DNA of 62,105 bases, filler included. It is 3 parts of 3 records of this genome, joined end to end, with 100 filler letters (N's around TTAATTAATTAA, not from the genome) between each part and the next. Parts side by side here need not be neighbours in the genome. Positions count along the whole stretch, not along the records: positions 1 to 30,149 come from DRR378314_612; 2 more parts are not named here. One strand, given 5' to 3'. The notes beneath the pieces were generated by a model, which was not told the DNA's origin, did not search any database, and saw only the letters and a list, made by a program, of their open reading frames with translations. Below are positions 11,032 through 24,143 of the stretch, in pieces; position 1 is the stretch's first letter; every line of letters starts with the position of its first letter. Made by a program: the position numbers and the translations under genes.

Positions 11032-13861
11032 ATGGGAGATTTCAATGCTCGGAAGATCGAAGAAGCCGTCGGTCTGTGCGAAGAAGCCGACAAGGCACTG
11101 AAGAGCGGGTTTTTCAAGAAGCCGGACTTTGATCTCGCTGCTTCGAAACTCGAGAAAGCGGGTATGCGGCTGCGGATCGTCTGCGCACGCCTCGCGCGTA
11201 AGCACTGGCAGGAGCGCCAGCTGGCAAGATTCGTACGATTGCACGTGTATTGATGGCTCTGCACACATGTGTGATACAGAAGCAAGTGGTCGTGCTGCGT
11301 GGGACGAGAGCAGGGCGGCGCGCGCACAGCGCCCTCGACTCGCTTCTCAGCCGCACAAGCGCGTCGGTTCGTCGGAGCTGTGCTGGTCGTGTTCCCGCTT
11401 TGCCCATTGACAATACGTAGCCTGCAAGATGTTTTTACGACAGCACAGCACCGCAATATACTAACTTACTGTTTTTTGCCTATGTGGGTACGCGCGGGCC
11501 GCGCCGCTGCGCAATGCTGCTTCAGCGCAATGCTTTCGCGTTGCAAAGGACTACGAGCGCTGTGCCGACGCGCTGGAGCGCGCGGCGGTGTGCCAGAACA
11601 CCCTTGACATGCACTTCATGGCGGCTACTCTCACGGAACAACAGGTTCGTACCAAGAAGACCTGGAAATGCACACTCGGTACATGTGGTCGTGCGGTGCT
11701 GTTTGCTGGCGGTGACGCTGATGTGCCGTATTGTGGCGAAATCCCGCGCGCCCCTGCGCCGGTCTCGCTTCGCACCCGCAGGCGAACATCATGCGCGATC
11801 AGCTCAACAACCCTTCTCGCGCAGGAGAGCTCTACGATCGATCCCATGAGCTCTACATGAGCGACGGCAAATTCCAAAAGGCGGCAGAAGCTCTTGCAAA
11901 GGCAGCGAAGTACGTCTTTGCTCCTATGCCCGATGTCCACGTGTATTCTGTTATTCAAGAGTGATTTCCGCGCGGTGATGTGCCGAAACACAGACACACC
12001 GCCGCTCCTGTCGCCCCGAAGCCCGATATACGCGCAGAGTTTGCAACTACCGTACGTGTTCCATTCCGCTACTTTGATTAGTTTGCAATGTGCTACAATG
12101 ATTGTGAGTAAGAGAGTCTATGCAAAAGCGAAGAGGGCAAAGGAAAAACAAAGCGATAACGAACACAGACGCACACCATGGCGATGTTCCTGCCACTTCG
12201 CCGGATCGATTCCCGCGCGCGAATCGTAGAGTGCGGTTTTCGGACGCGAATGCGGTTGCTCGCGCGCAGGTTTTGCATCGAAAGCGACATGCACGGCAGC
12301 TTGCTCGTCTTCGCTCCTCGTGCGCGTACGGTCTTGGTCTGTGCACGTGTTGATCGTAATTTCCTCTCGACGGTGTTTCTCTGTTCGCAGGATGATCCAG
12401 GACACGGATGTTGATCACGCAGCGGACTATTATGCGCGCGCAGCAGCCATTGTAACGGGACAGGTGTGCGCGAAACGGATTTGCCTTCCAGTGCGCGAAT
12501 TCGCCATACGTTGGTGATTGGCGCAGAGAAACGGTACTTCGCGCGCTAGGAATCTCGCTCCTAAAGATCCGCTCTGCTTCAGAGCTGGACGGCGCGCTGG
12601 AGAAAGCAAGCGAAAGAAGGCGGATTCTCTCGTTGAATTGATTGCGAGTTTCGCGGCATCCTGCACGCCACGTTTCGCAATGTATAGGATGTTAATTATT
12701 TAGCTCATCCATCTTTTCTTGTTTTCGTTCAATTTCTGCGCTTTTTTGCATCTCCAGGAGTTGTTTACGTGGTCTGGTGATGTCATTCGTCGTGCTTGCA
12801 GCTTCTTCGCAAAGAATAAGAGGTCCGTGCGTTCACCTGCAAGCCCGCCATCGGTATTTGTCTGTTTCGCCAGCCACTATAGACGTCGTTCCTAGTGCGC
12901 TAGTGCCTGTAAGCGAAGAGTATACGCCGCTCACTCTGTGCCTTTTGCCTCGCGTTTTGTGTTCGTGTGTAGGTTTGATGATCTTCTGCGCGCCCTCGAT
13001 GATGCCGTCATTATGAACAAAGCTCTGGGGCGAGAGGACGACACGAGCCGCGCGCTCGCCTCCAAAGCCATCGTCTTCCTGTGCATGGATAAGGCTGCGG
13101 ACGCCCAAGTGGCACTTGATAAAGCGTACAGGTGTGAGAGGCTAAGAGCACTGCGGTTCATACTATTCATTCTTTGCGTGCGGAAACCGAGCTCCAGTGG
13201 AGCTTCTTGGATCCGTTTAGCCCTGTGGCAGCATGAAGTGCTGCTGAAGCCGTTCACCTGTCACGATAAATGCACGGTCGCGACCTTGATGGAGCGCATT
13301 CGATTCAGAATTGTCTGGTGCTGGTACCGCGGTAGTATATTGTGCTTCTGTCTCTTTTCTTGGCGCGTGCGATCGGCGCTCACCGGCAGCGCGCAAACGG
13401 TGTGCAACCTCTTCGTCGTTGCCCATGCTTTACACTTCCTACAGCGAGTATGAAAACTTTTCGAACAGCGCCATCGCACCTGCAACGTCGGACTTGGTCC
13501 ATCTTTACAAGCAGGGAGAGCCTGAACAGTTTACAAACTGCCAATCGCAACAGGTATGTGCTCGCGTGTCCTACTCTGCGTACTTGCGCATCATAAAGCG
13601 CCAAGAGCAGTAGCAGTTGTTGGGAGCGGAATGCTCCCACCCTCGCTTCCGCAGATGCAAAGCATGGATCCGCGCGACCTCTGCACGCCCAGCTAGTGCG
13701 TGTGCTCATGGTGCTGTATGGTACATGGAACGGATCTGCTGTCTGCCGTGGCGTGCATTCCGGACCCTCTGCAGGTGTTCAAGCACCTGGACAACGAAAT
13801 CGCGCGCCTCGTGCAGTCGATCAAGCTTCCCGAAGGCGCGAGCGCGGACGACTTCATGTAG
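11032..13861 (+). CDS. NAPG: Gamma-soluble NSF attachment protein (gamma-SNAP); multi-exon
   Basis: N-terminus MGDFNARKIEEAVGLCEEADKALKSGFFKKPDFDLAASKLEKA matches gamma-SNAP (KAEKYLKTGFLKWKPDYDSAASEY). Helical-repeat exons follow (QCFRVAKDYERCADALERAA; GKFQKAAEALAKAAK). Last exon VFKHLDNEIARLVQSIKLP...DDFM* matches FKYMDNDYAKL. Confidence 0.88.
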
Positions 13862-14050
13862 TTTTTCGTTCATGATTTTTTCCATGGTATTCCGACCCGT
13901 GTGCTCGTATCCGGAAGTATCCAAAACAAACAAGCACAATTTCGGACGCGGCACTCCTCTGGTACCTGTTGAAATGTGCGCCAATACATGATCATGTGCT
14001 ACCTCTCGTAGCAAGCGAGTTTCCTCGCAGAGCGACTCACGGACGCGCGT

Positions 14051-17000
14051 TCACCATGCCGACGACAGAGCGCTCTCCAGCGCCTCGATATCATCTGCGG
14101 GAAGAGGCTTGATTTCGCGTTCGTAGTACCCTTCAATTTGGCCAAGGATCTTCTTTGACCGGCTGATCAGCGAAAGAGCAGGAGGCAGCGAAGCCAACGC
14201 AGAGTAGTGAGTACACAGACTGCTGCCGTATCGCAGTTCCGAAACGCGCACCAGTCGCGACCGCGTACGTGTCCCGTTCACTATATTATGCCAACGTTCA
14301 GCGAAACACGCCACGCATTGGAACAGCCCATGCAGGTGTAAAGCGCCCACAAACGCAATGGTGTGGCGTACACAATCACTCTGCTCGCAGCGCCGTACCT
14401 GTCGTGCACGAAGTTCACAGCGACTCCCTTGCGCCCAAATCGGCCCGTACGAGCGATACGGTGAAGATACGTCTGCACGACATTCGCGCACACGGCCACG
14501 CAGCCACACAGCAACAGTTCAATACAAAGAGGTTGCGCTAGGTTCGCAACGTCCTGAGATTCTTGGCACGCCCGCTGTAGGTCAGGATTACGACAAGCAC
14601 ACAATTGGCGAAGCGGCCGAGTAGTCCTCCTCTATTGGAAGTCCGTTGTGGATTTGGGGGGGTGATAAAAGAGTTCAGAAGCACGGAAACAGAAGTATTG
14701 CTCAACGTAGACGCTGCGCCGACCGAGTGAGACCCACACACACAGAGGACTGCCGCTGCATAATTTTGTCATGAAGAACAAGCGCCAAGAAAAAAAACGA
14801 TGCAACGTGGTAACCAGGGGAAGAACTATGCAAGGGGAAATTGCGGGGCAGCAGCAACTCCATGGCCGAGAGAGATCGAGAGCGAATCCAGACTGCAACA
14901 AACCTCGTAATCAGGATCTCCTGTTTCGTTGTTGACAGGAAGGTCGTAATTCACAACAAGTGACACCTGGAGTGGAGACGAGGGTGTACATTATATCATA
15001 CATGAGTTGTTCAAAAGAGTGGAGAAGAAACTGGTTTCTTCACGCGTGTTCACCTCCCAATATTCGGCATTCTGCGGCAACAATATGCGGCGCCGTCCCT
15101 TGGTCGGCACAATCCTGGCAACGAGCAGCACAAAAAAGCAGTGCCCCAAACGCTCAACCCAAAAAAAACACTCAGCAAATGCACATTTTCGCACCTGCGG
15201 GACATCGATTCCTCGCGCGAGAACGTTGGTCGTGATGAGTACTTTCGTCGTTCCGTGGCGGAACTCGTCCTGGAGACGAGAAACGATTCCGAATCCAATA
15301 ACCTAGTGAGTGGGACTTCGGAGCACCGCAGCGAATCACTGGGGAAACTCTCACGCTTTCGTGCAAGAACACATGCGTGGCGTATCTGGCGCGCTCGCTA
15401 AAAAAACCTTCCAGATAACGAAAACGATCGACATTATGCGTTGTCATCGCGCACCAGGGAGTTACGAATGATTTGACACCAGAATCTCGACAAATGCAAA
15501 AACGATCATGACTGCGTGCACAACGTGTGGCATCCGCTGGAAAAGGGCAGAATCGCGCTCCCGCTCGAAACACCCAGCACAATAAAAGCCGATGGTGCAC
15601 TGCATGCCAAGAACGATCGTTTGTGCGCAGGAATCGGCGCAACTGCCTGAGAAACGCCAGTGGAGAACGAAGCGGCACAAACGTACCATTGTCTTATCGC
15701 GGACTTCTGACGACATGTCACCTCCGTAAAGCACCGTAACTGTGTGACCCTCCGCACGCATCCGCTCCGTTACGTCCTGTGCAGTACGACGTGTCTAATC
15801 ACGGCAAAAAGAGAATCCGCGAGTGACGCAGTGTGAGATTCTCTTTCAGCGGTCGCGAGGGCTCCCGCTTCTCACAGGCGATTCGCGCACACGCTACACA
15901 GAGCGTTTGAGGAACAGTAGCCCGTGGGAGTCACGCGCTAGCGCGCTCGCAAGCCAACAGGCCAGCACACATATATATCGACAGAAGCTCGCAGGAAGGA
16001 TGATGTGTCCCCATCTCACGGGAAAATGACGGCAATTCAGCCATTTTCTGCACACGAGCAAAGCACCTCGTCTACAGCAGTTGTGCGCGCAACGGAGCCA
16101 CATTCCTGCGTATTCACTTCAGCACAGCAATATGCTCATAGCTCCGCACACACTCTCCAGCTAGCGGAGCGCAAAGCATCGGCGCGCGTTGCTGGATTTA
16201 TACATCAACCCTATGGGTAAGACGATATGGTGTGTAGATCGCAGCGTGGGCAGTGACATTCGCAGAAAATTGCAAGTGCAATCAACCCCACGGAAACACA
16301 CCTCGACGAAAATGATACTTTGCCCTCCGGAGAGCGCGCCATACATGTCCGAGAGCATTTCAAACTTTTTCGCTTCCGAATCAAGTTCCACAAAGTATTG
16401 CTTAATTGTGTCCAGCGACAGTCGTTCTTTCTTAACGAAAATTTTGTTCGGATGCTCCACATTGCGTTCGGCAAAGCGCTTTACGTCGTCACGGTACGTT
16501 GCAGAGAACAGCAGAGTCTGCCGCACCCGAGGGGCAAGGGGAACAACACCAAGCAAAGTTCCGCAGCCATACTCCCGATGAGATAAATATACACACAAAT
16601 CTAGAATGCAGTCACCACGAAAAGGGAATTGCACACGGCCAAGCGCACGTCTCTGCGTACGCACAAAATTTGACGAAGCGTTGGCGACTTCCCTCGAGAA
16701 TCCCGAGAGACACGACGCCCACAGCGAAACAAAACGACGAGAAAAGCACCGAGTTCCTCCTTCGACGCGCGCCCGTAGTGGCCTGTAAAGCTAATTCACA
16801 CACACGTACTTGGCAAGTTTTGGGTACCAGCTTCTTGAGCCGAAGCGTTTGATCAGCCATTCCTTGCATATCCATCATCACGTCTGCCTCGTCAAGGACA
16901 AACACGCGAATGCGCTTCGTCTCGAATTGCCGGGCCTTGATCGCTCCCATGACACGCCCAGGAGTGCCGATAATGACGTGCTCCTGGATTTTCTGGGACT

Positions 17001-17988
17001 TGGGAATTAAGACATCCTTCACCAGACACAAATTGGTGATCGAGGAGTACTTGGACATGTCCCGAACTACCTGCGCAATCTGCTTCGCCAGCTCGCGCGT
17101 CGGACAGATGCACAGCGCCTACAAACAGTCGATCCGTTCCATACATCACAAGAACCATTCATGCCATGGTCGTAAACGAGGCATCGTAAGGAGGCAAAAT
17201 TTCAGGATTAGTAACTTGTGAGCGAAGACACTGCGCGCGCCGACGGACAACGAGCTTGCAGAGGCCGGAAGCACGCGCTTCCTCATACACAAAAACATTC
17301 GTAGTTTCGCCATTTCAAAGCACACTTCAGTTCGCACCCCCTATCGCCTCGCTTCGTCCGCTGCTACTCGAGTGCGCCGACAGCACGTCGCCCAGCTGCT
17401 GTACCAGGAGCGCACCTGCGGAGAATTCACCGTCGTGTCGACGCGACTCAGCATGCCGAGCACGAAGCACGCCGTTTTCCCTGACCCGTTTGCAGCTTGG
17501 GCGATGAGATTCTCAGGCGGGTTGCGGAGGATCAGCGGCAGGGCCGCTTCTTGAATACGAGACGGCTTGGCGAATTTCATGCCGTATACACCGTCAAGGA
17601 GCTCTTTGTGCAAATTGAGCTCCTCGAAGGATTTTGCCGAAAAGAGCGGCGAGTTCGGATCGCGCTGCATGACCTGCACCTGCGCCTTGTGGTCTTCCGG
17701 ATCCAGTTGCGAGACCACAGCATTCTCGGCGAGCTGCTGCGCGATCGCATCCGCTTCGGATACCGCCTCTTGATCTTCATCAGGTTTCGCTTGTGAAGTG
17801 TTCTTTGCCACAGCTGAGCTGGCCTCTGTGATTTCCGCAGCATCACTATCGCGCGCAGTGGGCTTGACGGTCGCCTTGGCTGCCGGAGGGTCAGCTCCTT
17901 TTGCAGGAGCGGTGGTCTCGGCTCCCTGTCGGGTAGCATCCGTTCCTTTCGCAACTGCGTCACCCTTTTCTGCCGAAGAATTGAACAT
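14051..17988 (-). CDS. DBP5: DEAD-box RNA helicase DBP5/DDX19 (mRNA export); multi-exon
   Basis: [19 protein letters not shown] (DBP5 signature), Q motif KPSRIQE, motif [45 protein letters not shown]-terminal [21 protein letters not shown]. Confidence 0.95.
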
Positions 17989-19260
17989 ATTGGATCTGCC
18001 ACGATCAACCCCGGTCTGTAATATGTATCAAATCACAAGCGAGAAAATAATACTACGATGCCCGAGATCTGCAAGGGGAAGAGCGCGAGTACGGCAACAC
18101 AAAGTCGACGACTTGAAGCACAGGGATCAGGAACCGAAAGAACGGCTCGTTGGCAACACAACCGCACACACCGCGAGGATACGAGCATGATTCGTTCCCA
18201 GAACGCGGTCACCACGCTCCCAGAACGAAGAATTCTCTATCACAGCACATCTCATTACGGTGTTTGTGTGTGGCTCGCGCGTCGCAAGGATGTGCTGCGA
18301 AAGAACGCCCAACTGCTTGGCTCTTGGGACTCTTCGCGCACTCTCGCCACTCGCAGGAAGGGGCGACGAACACTTTCTCGTACGCACAAGCAAGCGCGGC
18401 TGCGCGGAAAGTGGCGCGCCAGGAGAGAAACAGGAGAACAAAAGACGCGAGCGAACGCTTCCGCCTATCAATGTACAAGAAATCATCAAGCGAGATATGA
18501 GGAAGAAAAGAAAAACAAGAAGCCGCATTTGCTGCGTCGGTACTGTAGAAACTGCAGCTGGCGAGCTCTAGCAGTCGGAGCTTATAGCAACGTGCCGCGC
18601 TCAAGGGCGAACGTGGCTGCCGAGCAGCGCAGCGAGCACGCGCCTACCAGCCGGCACGGAAAGGAGCAGACCGCCACAGCAACAGATTTGAGCGCATGTC
18701 ATCGATACACCAAGAGCTACACGATGCAATATCAGAACGTACCGCGACGTGCGCACCGACGGGTGACAGCGGTCCTGCTCACTGCGCGCGGAGCGATGCG
18801 CACACAGTGCAACAAGGGCGGCGCTCCTGCATTCATGATCAAATATAATTTTCAATCTTTCTGTATAAAATATTAGAATATAATATTTGAACAAGGAGAA
18901 GCTGGGCTCCTCGTTGCTAGCAGAGCGCGCACGGCACGTTTGGCAACGCTCTGGCACCAGTGTAAGATTTATTCGTGTGTCCCTGTGCACTTTGCTGCAA
19001 TTTTGCGCACATTTCCATGCATTGGTGCTGAGCACACGTTTCTTGGTGAGCAGAAGGAGACCATTCTACGGCCGGGTACCCCCTCGCCAGCGGCAGGGCA
19101 AGCAGTCACTTGCGGGCGAGCACGACAGTGCGGCAAGCGCAGCGGCAACCCTTTGCCAGGGCCGCTGCCCAATCCAAGCACATCGGCTCGATACGAGGGG
19201 CGCTTGGTCCCACTGTAGTGGTCAGAAAGAGTGAAAGTATTACGCGAGAAGGATACGACA

Positions 19261-22200
19261 ATGAGAGATTTCATTCAGCTCGATGATGCTGTCGAAAGCG
19301 AGCGATCGTCCGCCACACTGCAGCTCCCGTCAACATGGAGAGACACACGTCCCGCGACTGTTTCTGCGAGCATGTCGACGGACGCCGCTCCTTATCAAGA
19401 CGCTTCTGTGCAGTCGAACGAGGGGCTCTCAGTTCACAAAAGCACCCACATTGACGACGTATGTCATGGTCCTCCATCTATCCATTGCGCGCGTACGGAG
19501 ATGGGCCCGCGGCCAGAGGATGCCTCGTAGTAATGACAAGTGACAAAGCCATAAAAAGGCGAAGACTAGCCCAAAGGAATGGTGGAGCGGGAACCATCCC
19601 AAACACTGCTGTGGTTTCCTGCGCGCGCGCAAGTGCACGAATTTTGCACATAACATCGCAACTTTCGCGAGATTTTTCTGGTGCATCGATTATTGCACTT
19701 GTCTGCCGGTCTGCAAAACAAGTCGGGCAAATCTACAGAAGCTTGAAACCTTCTGGAGCCTTCGTGGGGTATCCAGGAAAAGAAGAGAGAGCATGCGTAG
19801 CCCTGTAGCCGCATGGCTTTGGATCCTACCTGATCTACTTGCACTGACAATTGATGTGAACATTTACGTATCGTCGCAGGATGGGAACTGGAGCCAAAAC
19901 CAAGACGGGCGAAATTGCACACCAGAGCCCCTACATCGTCATTTTTCTGAGGAAATCATGCTGCGTCTTTTGCATAGTGCTACAATAATGCTACAGCAGC
20001 TTCGACTATCCAGCGCGATACATTACCCCGCTTCAGCGAGGTCATGGACAGGAGACCGAGAACGGGAGTATATCGCAGGTACGCAGTGCGCGAGGCTCAC
20101 GTATCCGTGAACAGAACGTACCCATGCCCGCAAAAACAATGGAATCTTTGCGTCAATATGAATATACGTTCGGTCGGAGTTGATAGAGCTTAACATTGCA
20201 ACGCTTCGCATACACAGATGATATTTTGATACGACTGCGAGTGTCGAGTGCAACACGTGGAGTCGACGCCGTTCTCGTGTGAGCAACGCACTGTAGTAGA
20301 TAGACTTCGACTGTTCCCTTGCGACACTTGTGACTTCCTTTCCGCAGCGTGTAACGTAAATTACACGAACCTTTACTCCGTTGTGGAGGAGAGGATCACT
20401 GCTGGAAGACGACAGAGGTTCTGACTGAGCATACGTGCGGAATATCTTTCCGACCAGGACTCATTCCGCTTCGACCAAGCATGAATGAGTCTGGCGCTGC
20501 AAAGACAGGTGTGGAAGTTGGAGATGCACAGTATGGGGCCCGGTACCTCTCGCTAGCCGCCACGGAGATGCACAATATGCGAAACAAAGGTACGAACGCA
20601 AATGAAGCAGGTAGAGAGCTTTTCATGACAAGAATTGCGTGCACCATTACTCGTGTGCACCTGACTTTTGTGCGCGGAAATGGACGGGAATTCGCTCGAG
20701 CGGGGCCACAAATGTGCCAAGGGTCGCAATTCTGAAGAATCAGGCGAAACGGCGACGTTTGGTTGTTGTTTATTTGTACTCACTCATGCCTGTGATCCAG
20801 GTATGCAGGTAACGTGTATTTCATGGGGAGGCAGAGGACTCGTGCTTGCAGTGGGTCTCCATGCGCAGGACCCACAAGAAAGCCTCTTTGGTGAAAAGTC
20901 CATCGTTCGCGTGCTGTACCTCGCAACTGGATCGGTACGTCACCCGCTCATTTGGCGGCGCGCGCGCTCTCTCATTAGGAAGGTTTCATTGTAAATGCAT
21001 AGGTGCAGTGCACTTGCTTGACTTATGAGTACGACACAGGTAGAGCTATGGTGTACTTTTGCAGCTCGGAACATTGCCACGTGCACTCTGAGCCGCTCTT
21101 TTCTGTGTACTTTTGTGGAGCTCGTTGAAAGATCGGGTGGTGCGGACTGCGAGCGGCACCGGGAAAGTGCGACGCGCCGCCTCGCCTCGGGCTCAGTGTT
21201 TCTTGGACGCCCCCGTCCTTTGCATCAATCTCACTGACGCGAGCACGATACGTTGCTTGCGTGCAGATGGACGAGGTCGATGCACCGAGCGGGCCCACTG
21301 CGTTGAGTTTCCATCCCGAGCTTGCGCAAATCGTTGCGGGCGGGCTCCTGTCTGGACAGGTGCGCAGACGGACGGAGGCGCGCGCGCTTTCTGGCGTGTG
21401 GATATCCGCGCACTTCTCTGGACACCAAACAGGAGAATCGCAAAAGGGAGGACCCTCTCCTACTTCAACCAAGAACCCATGTACTAGTTCAGGTGCACAT
21501 AAAGCCATTCGCAAGCTAAAGAATGACAATGCGGTCTGTTTGCATGTTGTCAAGCATTCTAGTACTATTTCGCCGGCGTCTGTACTCCGACGACCAGTGT
21601 CACTTTTCAACCCACTCTCGTTGCCTGCCTACAGCTCGGCCCATTATATCGCAAGAGAACACTAAGCCACGTTTCTCAGACGTCTGATAGCTTTCTTACT
21701 TCATTTTGATTTTTGAGTGGATTGTTTGCACAGGACTACGTCGTCTTCAACTTTGACGAGCAAGCGATGTCTTGGTACTGTCAATATGCAGGTCTGCGTG
21801 TGGAAACTGACAAACGAAGAGCGCCAGGCGAGTTTATCTGCAGTTACAAGTTTAACCTCGGTACGCTCTAACGCCGTCCATTCTATGCACTTAAAAAGAG
21901 CTGCCATCCCGTCCGCGATTGGTGTAGACTACAAGTACTTTGTTTGTCTTTTCCAGCGCGTGAAGGAAAGAATTTGTGCGCCGCGCTGCTGCTTTCTGAA
22001 ATTCACGACAGGGATACCACGCGGCGAGAATCGTCAATGTTACCTGGAGGTCTTCGGCAGTGCTCTTTGCCATCAGCGAGGACGGAGAAGGCGTGGATTG
22101 GATATATCAGAACGGGTCGCTCGCGGTGAGGCTCACCTGTCGAAAGGACAGCATGATCGAGCCTATGCTATCACTTTTGCACATTCTCCTTACGCCGGCG

Positions 22201-23931
22201 GCACCTTGTGTCCTGATACACGTCGGGAATGGGAAAGCAGCTCTCCGGTGGCGCTTTCCTCGGCGCTTTCGGCACAGGAGCATAGAATTAGTTTGTGCAC
22301 GCATGTATGGGATTTTGTTGGTCGCACGTCATTGCTAAGCACATGTCTACGAATTGCGTGCTATGTAGCCTGGGCGGAAGTATACGACGGCGTCGGAATC
22401 CTTCGAGTCGACCCTCCCGTTGCAGGAAGACGAGTTTGCCCGTGGTGTTCTCATGTTTGTCCTCTCGCAGCAAGGTATTGTTTCGCTTGAGTGTTTCTCT
22501 CCGCGGGCTTCTTTCTGCACGTGCTTGCCAGAATTCACGCGTTTCGCTGTAGAGGGAACCCAGCAAAGAACAAATGCGATCATGGTTGGTACTTGGGCAC
22601 CGCAGAACACCTACTCGGGCGACCTGTGTAGGGTTCGCTGCTGCCGTCGTTCCGCAGCAGCTCTTGCGACGTACCGCCGCTTTCACCAAAGCGCAATCAC
22701 AAATACAGACGAAGATGGCAAGGTCCTCTGATCTTCAAGCCAGCGATAGAGTATTGCGATTTCGTCTTATCAGTGCATGTTGGTTCGGTGTGTGTGGCTG
22801 GTGGCGCGTAATGTTCAGAACCCAACGTCGGTTACGCGGCATTGGAGGATGGTGTCACGGCCCGGTGTATTCTAGAGCCGTTGGGCTCGTACGCGGACAA
22901 GAAGATCTTGTCGACAATGAGACCCCTCGTGCGTTTCTCACACACCCGACACGCAGGCGCATGCACATCGGTGGCTCATCCGTGCAATAACCGGAAATAC
23001 GTGTTCTCTGGAGGAACGGATGGTGTCCTCCGGCTTCTGCATGCGGAAAATCGAAAGCCCGTATGGTAAGCATTCCTTTCGTGACTGGCTGCGAATAAGT
23101 TCGTCCACGTTAGCTTCAGCTCTTCTCGTGTGTCTTGGGGCTGACCCCGTACCGCTTGCAACGCGTATTACAACTGCCATGTGCGAAGTTCTGAAAACAC
23201 AGCAGCTGCTATTGATTTTAGTTCTGAGGTGATTGTGAAAACTGCGGGCCTGGGTCCAACTGTATGCGTATACATGCTGCAAAGCCAAGAGCGATAGACC
23301 CGCTGGCGCTCCCCCCCCGTGGTTGACTCGTGCTTCGTTTTGTTCCGGGTTTTCTGCGGTACCACACACTGCGCTCCCCGCATACTCGCAGGTGGACACA
23401 AGCGTTTACTGAGGGTGTCAAAGGTGTGGAAGTCTCAGCCACGCGGAACGGCGTGGTTGTCGCTACGAGCCAAGAAAACGTGGCTGTATTCGACCTGCTG
23501 CGTCACGAGAGTCACCCTGTACTCAGCTTTGCACCGCTGGGTCAGAACTGCAAGATCGCGCAAGTGCAGATGGGCGGGGCTCAATCACATCTGCTCGCTA
23601 TTGGAATGGAAGACGGCTCTTTGGAAATATGGGAGGTCAGTACTGCTGGAATGCCACTCTGGTGCGCGCGTGCTGCTTCGATGCACCTTGCTTTTGCCTG
23701 GACGCAACGTGGACGCTCGCGCGCGAAAGAAGCCGGCGCCGGTATGCTGAATCGTGGCCGTGCACAATGGGGCCGTCTCGCGGACAAATCCACCACAGCA
23801 GTCAACGCTTCTGACACGCGCGTGTTACCTTCGTCTTCTGTATACTGGGACGGGACGTTCTGCAGCTTTCACGCGCTCTGTGCGAGCGCCAAAGCGGCGA
23901 TTCCGAAGCTTTGGCGAGACTACGCACATAG
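19261..23931 (+). CDS. DYNC2I2: WDR34/FAP133-type dynein-2 (IFT dynein) intermediate chain; multi-exon
   Basis: N-terminal LPSTWR...SVQS light-chain-binding-like region. WD40 exons: VTCISWGGRGLVLAVG...KSIV, PTALSFHPELAQIVAGGLLSGQ (cf. LAFHPTQPSHVAGGLYSGE), NRKYVFSGGTDGVLRL, LLAIGMEDGSLEIWE. Last exon 23866-23931 LSRALCERQSGDSEALARLRT*. Confidence 0.82.
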
Positions 23932-24143
23932 TACCTTGCACTTCGGTGTGCTGCGATGCGACCGCGTGGCAAGATCCTTTCGGATACATTTATAGGAGTA
24001 CATCCGCACCCACGGAAGAAAATCAATCACACACGCATAGGCAAAAAGTAGAAGGCAATGCCCCCCTTGAGATACTCTTGAAAAACTGCACTGTCTCAGC
24101 CACACAACGAAACCCTTCAGAGCTGCTTGTGTGGCATTGAGCG

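Noticed and set aside
18058-18876. 272-aa plus-strand ORF between DBP5 and WDR34
   Set aside because: No recognisable motif and Arg/Thr-rich noise-like composition. The region probably contains 5' UTR introns or promoters; a small spliced gene cannot be excluded.
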